In this document: piece by piece, positions 60,725-64,000 of the stretch
How positions within the stretch are numbered: position 1 is the stretch's first letter
Layout: every line of letters starts with the position of its first letter
DNA from: Escherichia phage FL12
Strand: one strand, 5' to 3'
Length of the DNA stretch: 64,000 nt
Sequence record: PP400786
The notes under the pieces: generated by a model
The model's input: the letters and a program-made list of their open reading frames with translations, nothing else
Databases searched by the model: none
Told to the model about the DNA's origin: nothing
Program-made: the position numbers and the translations under genes

Positions 60725-61173
60725 TCAACAATCACAATTTCTAATTTAGAGGAATATGTATCTAAAATCCCCTCAATAATATCCCAGTTCCCTCTACCTA
60801 TGCCTGCACCAATCCTAGGCACATAGATTGTAGGTTTAATCAGTTTATTTTCACCAAACTCATTTAATTCTAACATACAATTCATTAAAGCGGAATACTC
60901 AAAATTTGGCCCTGGTTGAAATTGAGTATAAAGGTTGAAGCAATACGCTTTATGAGTCCTAAAGTATTTTTCATAGACTGAGTAAGAACCGAGTTTAGTT
61001 ACATCACCCCATTCAGTCTGTAATTTATCAGCTTCCAAAATTTTAGGGAAAGCTTTGGTTAATTGACCCGCTACGCCTGAACCCATAGTATGAAAACAAT
61101 TGCATCCATGCGCAATATTTTTACCTTCAGCGAAAAGGGCGACAATATCGCCCTTGATATATTTTACAATCAT
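60706..61173 (-). CDS. macrodomain protein, TARG1/OARD1-like (putative ADP-ribose hydrolase)
   Basis: 155 aa; YIKGDI...AHGCNCFHTMGSGVAGQL and YVPRIGAGIGRGNW resemble TARG1 motifs (YVKGDL...MGAGIA, PRIGCGLDRLQW) as remembered. Confidence 0.6.
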   Translation of the reverse strand: MIVKYIKGDIVALFAEGKNIAHGCNCFHTMGSGVAGQLTKAFPKILEADKLQTEWGDVTKLGSYSVYEKYFRTHKAYCFNLYTQFQPGPNFEYSALMNCMLELNEFGENKLIKPTIYVPRIGAGIGRGNWDIIEGILDTYSSKLEIVIVDWEPLL

Positions 61174-61517
61174 CTAGTACTCAATCCTCGATTATAAGAA
61201 TCTACCAAACGGTCAACCATTGAATGACAAGCGGCTTTATCTTTCTCCTCCGCAACTGAGCATTCTAAGGTATTCCACTTTTTAGCATATCGTTTTAATA
61301 ATGTATCGTTTTTGTATCTGCTTGATTTATCTCTTTCTCCGTCTTTATATGCATATATTAATTTCTGTGCAAATTCAGCTTGGCATGCTTTATTTTTCCC
61401 ACAATAATCTGCCGCAGTGCGGTTTACATATTCTCTAATTTCAGTATATGATGTATCTGCTGACGCAGAAGCAGAAAATGAAATTAATCCTATACATAAA
61501 ACCAAAATTTTAGTCAT
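61170..61517 (-). CDS. secreted small protein
   Basis: 115 aa; signal peptide MTKILVLCIGLISFSASASA; four Cys. Confidence 0.5.
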   Translation of the reverse strand: MTKILVLCIGLISFSASASADTSYTEIREYVNRTAADYCGKNKACQAEFAQKLIYAYKDGERDKSSRYKNDTLLKRYAKKWNTLECSVAEEKDKAACHSMVDRLVDSYNRGLSTR

Positions 61518-62055
61518 TTACTATTTCCAAAAGTTTATTATTTTTAAGGTAATTAGCCTTTTCTAGGACTTCAGAAGCATATTTAGAACCAGCTTTAACA
61601 TTCCATCCCGAATTATAAGAGGATATTGCTTTTCTTATATCACCCTTATGTATATTTAACCAATAAGAAAGTTCAATGTACGCCCAGGAAGCTGAATTGG
61701 ATCGTTTATTCAACATTCTTTTTATTTCAGCATCGGTCATATTATAACCAAGTTCCTTAACTCTTGCTCGCATAGTAGGCAAATAATTTTGGAACATTCC
61801 GTAGGCGTGATGCTTTGGTTTAGATTTTAAATTAACTCCGCCAGAGCTTTCTTGCCATAAAATGGCTGCCATTATATGACCTAATCCACTCTTGTGGATA
61901 TTTTTGTGTGTTTTATATTTTCCATCCTTAGAAAATTGTTCCCCGAATTGATATGCATAACGCATGTTATCGAGTTGGACATTACTGAAAGTATGCTCGG
62001 AGCTATGTGCCATCATTGAAATGGCCAATAGACCAGCGAGTAGTGCTTTTCTCAT
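61510..62055 (-). CDS. secreted protein with lytic-transglycosylase-like motifs
   Basis: 181 aa; signal peptide; ILWQESSGG and SSYNSGWN resemble SLT-domain motifs. Confidence 0.4.
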   Translation of the reverse strand: MRKALLAGLLAISMMAHSSEHTFSNVQLDNMRYAYQFGEQFSKDGKYKTHKNIHKSGLGHIMAAILWQESSGGVNLKSKPKHHAYGMFQNYLPTMRARVKELGYNMTDAEIKRMLNKRSNSASWAYIELSYWLNIHKGDIRKAISSYNSGWNVKAGSKYASEVLEKANYLKNNKLLEIVND

Positions 62056-62062
62056 GCTTACC

Positions 62063-62524
62063 TCATTGAGTTTTAATTACTGCTTTAGAAGCCTTTCCTG
62101 GTAAACGACGACTGTTAATAATTGCCATCCTGCATTGAAGTGACGGGTTTTTGAACTTCTCATTAGGCTTACAAACTGTAAATCCAAGCCAAAGATTTCC
62201 ATCTGTGATTTCTAAACGTCCAGGACGATATTCAACCCCATCAATAAAATCCTCATCAATGTCAGGACGCGGAGGCATACTTAGGAATTCATTAACTTCT
62301 AAAACATGGTCTTTTATTTTATGGAATAATTCAAAAACATATGTCTCATCAATCTCCCGTTGAATTGCACGATCAAGAAGATGTTGAGAATATTTTAGAT
62401 GAAACGATGAGACCCCTGCTGCTTTTGATGCCTCACGAATCTCATTGTTAATTTGACGAAACTCCGACTCAAAGTGACGACGAAGCTTATTTCGACGGAT
62501 AAAAACTTCTGTATTGATAGTCAT
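62063..62524 (-). CDS. regB: RegB endoribonuclease
   Basis: 153 aa as T4 RegB; N-terminus MTINTEVFIRRNKLRRHFESEF; own early promoter. Confidence 0.65.
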   Translation of the reverse strand: MTINTEVFIRRNKLRRHFESEFRQINNEIREASKAAGVSSFHLKYSQHLLDRAIQREIDETYVFELFHKIKDHVLEVNEFLSMPPRPDIDEDFIDGVEYRPGRLEITDGNLWLGFTVCKPNEKFKNPSLQCRMAIINSRRLPGKASKAVIKTQ

Positions 62525-62550
62525 GTTATTCTCCTCTTAACTGATAGAAA

Positions 62551-62582
62551 AATTATACCACAGTCAAGAGGAAAAGTAAACA
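62551..62582 (-). promoter_or_regulatory. T4-type early promoter upstream of regB
   Basis: Minus strand GTTTAC plus 18 nt plus TATAAT; GAGGAG RBS before regB ATG. Confidence 0.5.
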
Positions 62583-62859
62583 GTTATTCTTTAAATCTAA
62601 TCAATTTATTCATAGACTTTGAAACTTCGGCACGAACCTCATGTAGATTTTTGAGCTGTTCAAGACGCTGCGTATAGTAAGCAATTTCATCTTCTTCGAG
62701 ACAGTCCTGCGAATCTTCTTTAAGATAGCGTGCATAGTCCTGGAAAGCGTTACGGACTACTTCCTGGAAGTCATCAAGACTTTGAATTTTCTTAGGAGCA
62801 ACAGATACACGACGAGGTGCAGTATAATACTCATAACCAAACCCTGCGCTTAATTGGGC

Positions 62860-63162
62860 CTAATATTTTTCCTCTGGTTGGAACACAGCACGACAAGCCC
62901 ACATACTGGCTTCTTTGAGTTTCGTTTTAGCAATAGTTAACTGATCGAGGCTTTCGGCGTAATTCTTCGCGAGTTCATCATCTTCACAGCTATCAAATGC
63001 TTCCCAGAATTCATCATATAAAGCATCAAAGATAAGTCCTAAACGAACTTCAGCGTCTTTGATAGCATTCACTTTACCGATTTTCTCTTCAGTATGTGGC
63101 TTATAACCCTTAATGTCTTCAATCATATTTGACTTCCTCACCAGTACATAAATCATATTCAA
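62860..63162 (-). CDS. hypothetical protein; frame continues past an in-frame TAG for 91 further codons
   Basis: 100 aa ORF ends at TAG (62860-62862); downstream segment 62587-62859 is open in the same frame and homologous to the first half. Confidence 0.45.
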   Translation of the reverse strand: MNMIYVLVRKSNMIEDIKGYKPHTEEKIGKVNAIKDAEVRLGLIFDALYDEFWEAFDSCEDDELAKNYAESLDQLTIAKTKLKEASMWACRAVFQPEEKY

Positions 63163-63340
63163 CTAAACGAATAGGTTCATGAATGCCATATCCCTGAACA
63201 GAAATTTCTGTCGTAGGATAAATTCCATCAATATCACCCATATTCCACGCTTCATTAAATTGCTGTTCGCCTGAATTACTAAACCATTCTGCGAAAGCAT
63301 TTAGCACATCTTCAGAACCTTCAATAATTATCTTTGCCAT
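63119..63340 (-). CDS. hypothetical small protein
   Basis: 73 aa. Confidence 0.4.
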   Translation of the reverse strand: MAKIIIEGSEDVLNAFAEWFSNSGEQQFNEAWNMGDIDGIYPTTEISVQGYGIHEPIRLVEYDLCTGEEVKYD

Positions 63341-63702
63341 TACAAACTCTCGGTGAAGGTACGAGCGATAACGTCGCGCTGCTGTTCCGGAGTCAGAGAG
63401 TTAAAGCGAACTGCATAACCGGATACACGGATGGTCAGCTGCGGATATTTTTCCGGATGCTTAACTGCATCTTCCAGAGTTTCACGACGCAGAACGTTAA
63501 CGTTCAGGTGTTGACCACCCTCAATTTTAACTGTAGGTTGTGTTTCAATTTCAATTTCACGGGCATGCAAACCATAGAAAATTTCTGGGTCTACAATAGC
63601 GTCTTCTTTAAAAGTCTTAGAGACAATAATCCGGGCTTGAATACCGTCTTCAAAATAAATAGTACCTTTATGCGTGCCTTCAAGAATTTGATATGCTTTC
63701 AT
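63340..63702 (-). CDS. grcA: GrcA/YfiD-like autonomous glycyl radical cofactor
   Basis: 120 aa; C-terminal about 60 aa ([60 protein letters not shown]) with glycyl-radical motif RVSGY matches remembered E. coli GrcA; that half has GC-rich host-like codons while the 5' half is AT-rich. Confidence 0.8.
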   Translation of the reverse strand: MKAYQILEGTHKGTIYFEDGIQARIIVSKTFKEDAIVDPEIFYGLHAREIEIETQPTVKIEGGQHLNVNVLRRETLEDAVKHPEKYPQLTIRVSGYAVRFNSLTPEQQRDVIARTFTESL

Positions 63703-63709
63703 ATAAACC

Positions 63710-63976
63710 TCAATTAGAAAATAAATTTATCCAAGATTGTTCTTTAATTAAAAATGGCTCAGAATCATATGCCATTAAACTTTGGGTGATTAGTCCTTTA
63801 AAAGGTCCATCAATAAATTCCATGGTAAAATATGGAATTTTATTCATTAGCCGTGCATTAGGAGCAGTACACAAAACTCTGCATCCTTTGAATACGCCTT
63901 TTTGTAATTTGTATTGCTTAGGATAAAATTCGCTCAAGACGTTGTTATTTGCCAAAATTTCAAAATGATTCACCAA
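63710..63976 (-). CDS. hypothetical protein
   Basis: 88 aa. Confidence 0.45.
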   Translation of the reverse strand: MVNHFEILANNNVLSEFYPKQYKLQKGVFKGCRVLCTAPNARLMNKIPYFTMEFIDGPFKGLITQSLMAYDSEPFLIKEQSWINLFSN

Positions 63977-64000
63977 TTTATTTTTAATAGTTTTTGGCGA

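Noticed and set aside
1-64000. CRISPR arrays, tRNA or rRNA genes, integrase or attachment sites
   Set aside because: No regularly spaced direct repeats, no tRNA-like cloverleaf candidates noticed, no integrase or recombinase ORF; the window looks like a lytic T4-like replication/early-gene region.

Overview
This window is a contiguous 64 kb segment of a T4-like (Tevenvirinae-type) myovirus genome, AT-rich and with essentially every gene on the minus strand. Identification rests on gene order, protein lengths and recognisable motifs read by eye; no database search was run, and hand-derived coordinates may be off by 1-2 nt. Gene order is T4-like: ndd (partial), denB, rIIB, rIIA, an HNH homing endonuclease, fused topoisomerase II gp39, dexA, dda, modA/modB, soc, dCTPase gp56, primase gp61, helicase gp41, uvsX, a SegA-like GIY-YIG endonuclease, beta-glucosyltransferase, dCMP hydroxymethylase gp42, imm, DNA polymerase gp43, regA, clamp loader gp62/gp44, clamp gp45, rpbA, gp46/gp47, alpha-glucosyltransferase, late sigma gp55, nrdH/nrdG/nrdD, endonuclease VII gp49, nrdC, a variable block, a second HNH endonuclease, rI, tk and regB. 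Regulatory punctuation is T4-like: repeated early promoters (GTTTAC, 18-nt spacer, TATAAT) followed by a conserved GGAGGA leader, and many UUCG-tetraloop hairpins after genes. No CRISPR array, tRNA or rRNA was seen. Candidates for novelty are accessory items: a TARG1-like macrodomain gene, a mosaic host-like GrcA gene, a nucleotidyltransferase plus AAA+ ATPase pair, a tandem coiled-coil paralog pair, a reading frame split by an in-frame amber codon, a decayed GIY-YIG endonuclease gene, a truncated tandem duplication and a lone plus-strand membrane-peptide gene. None is established as a new system from sequence alone.
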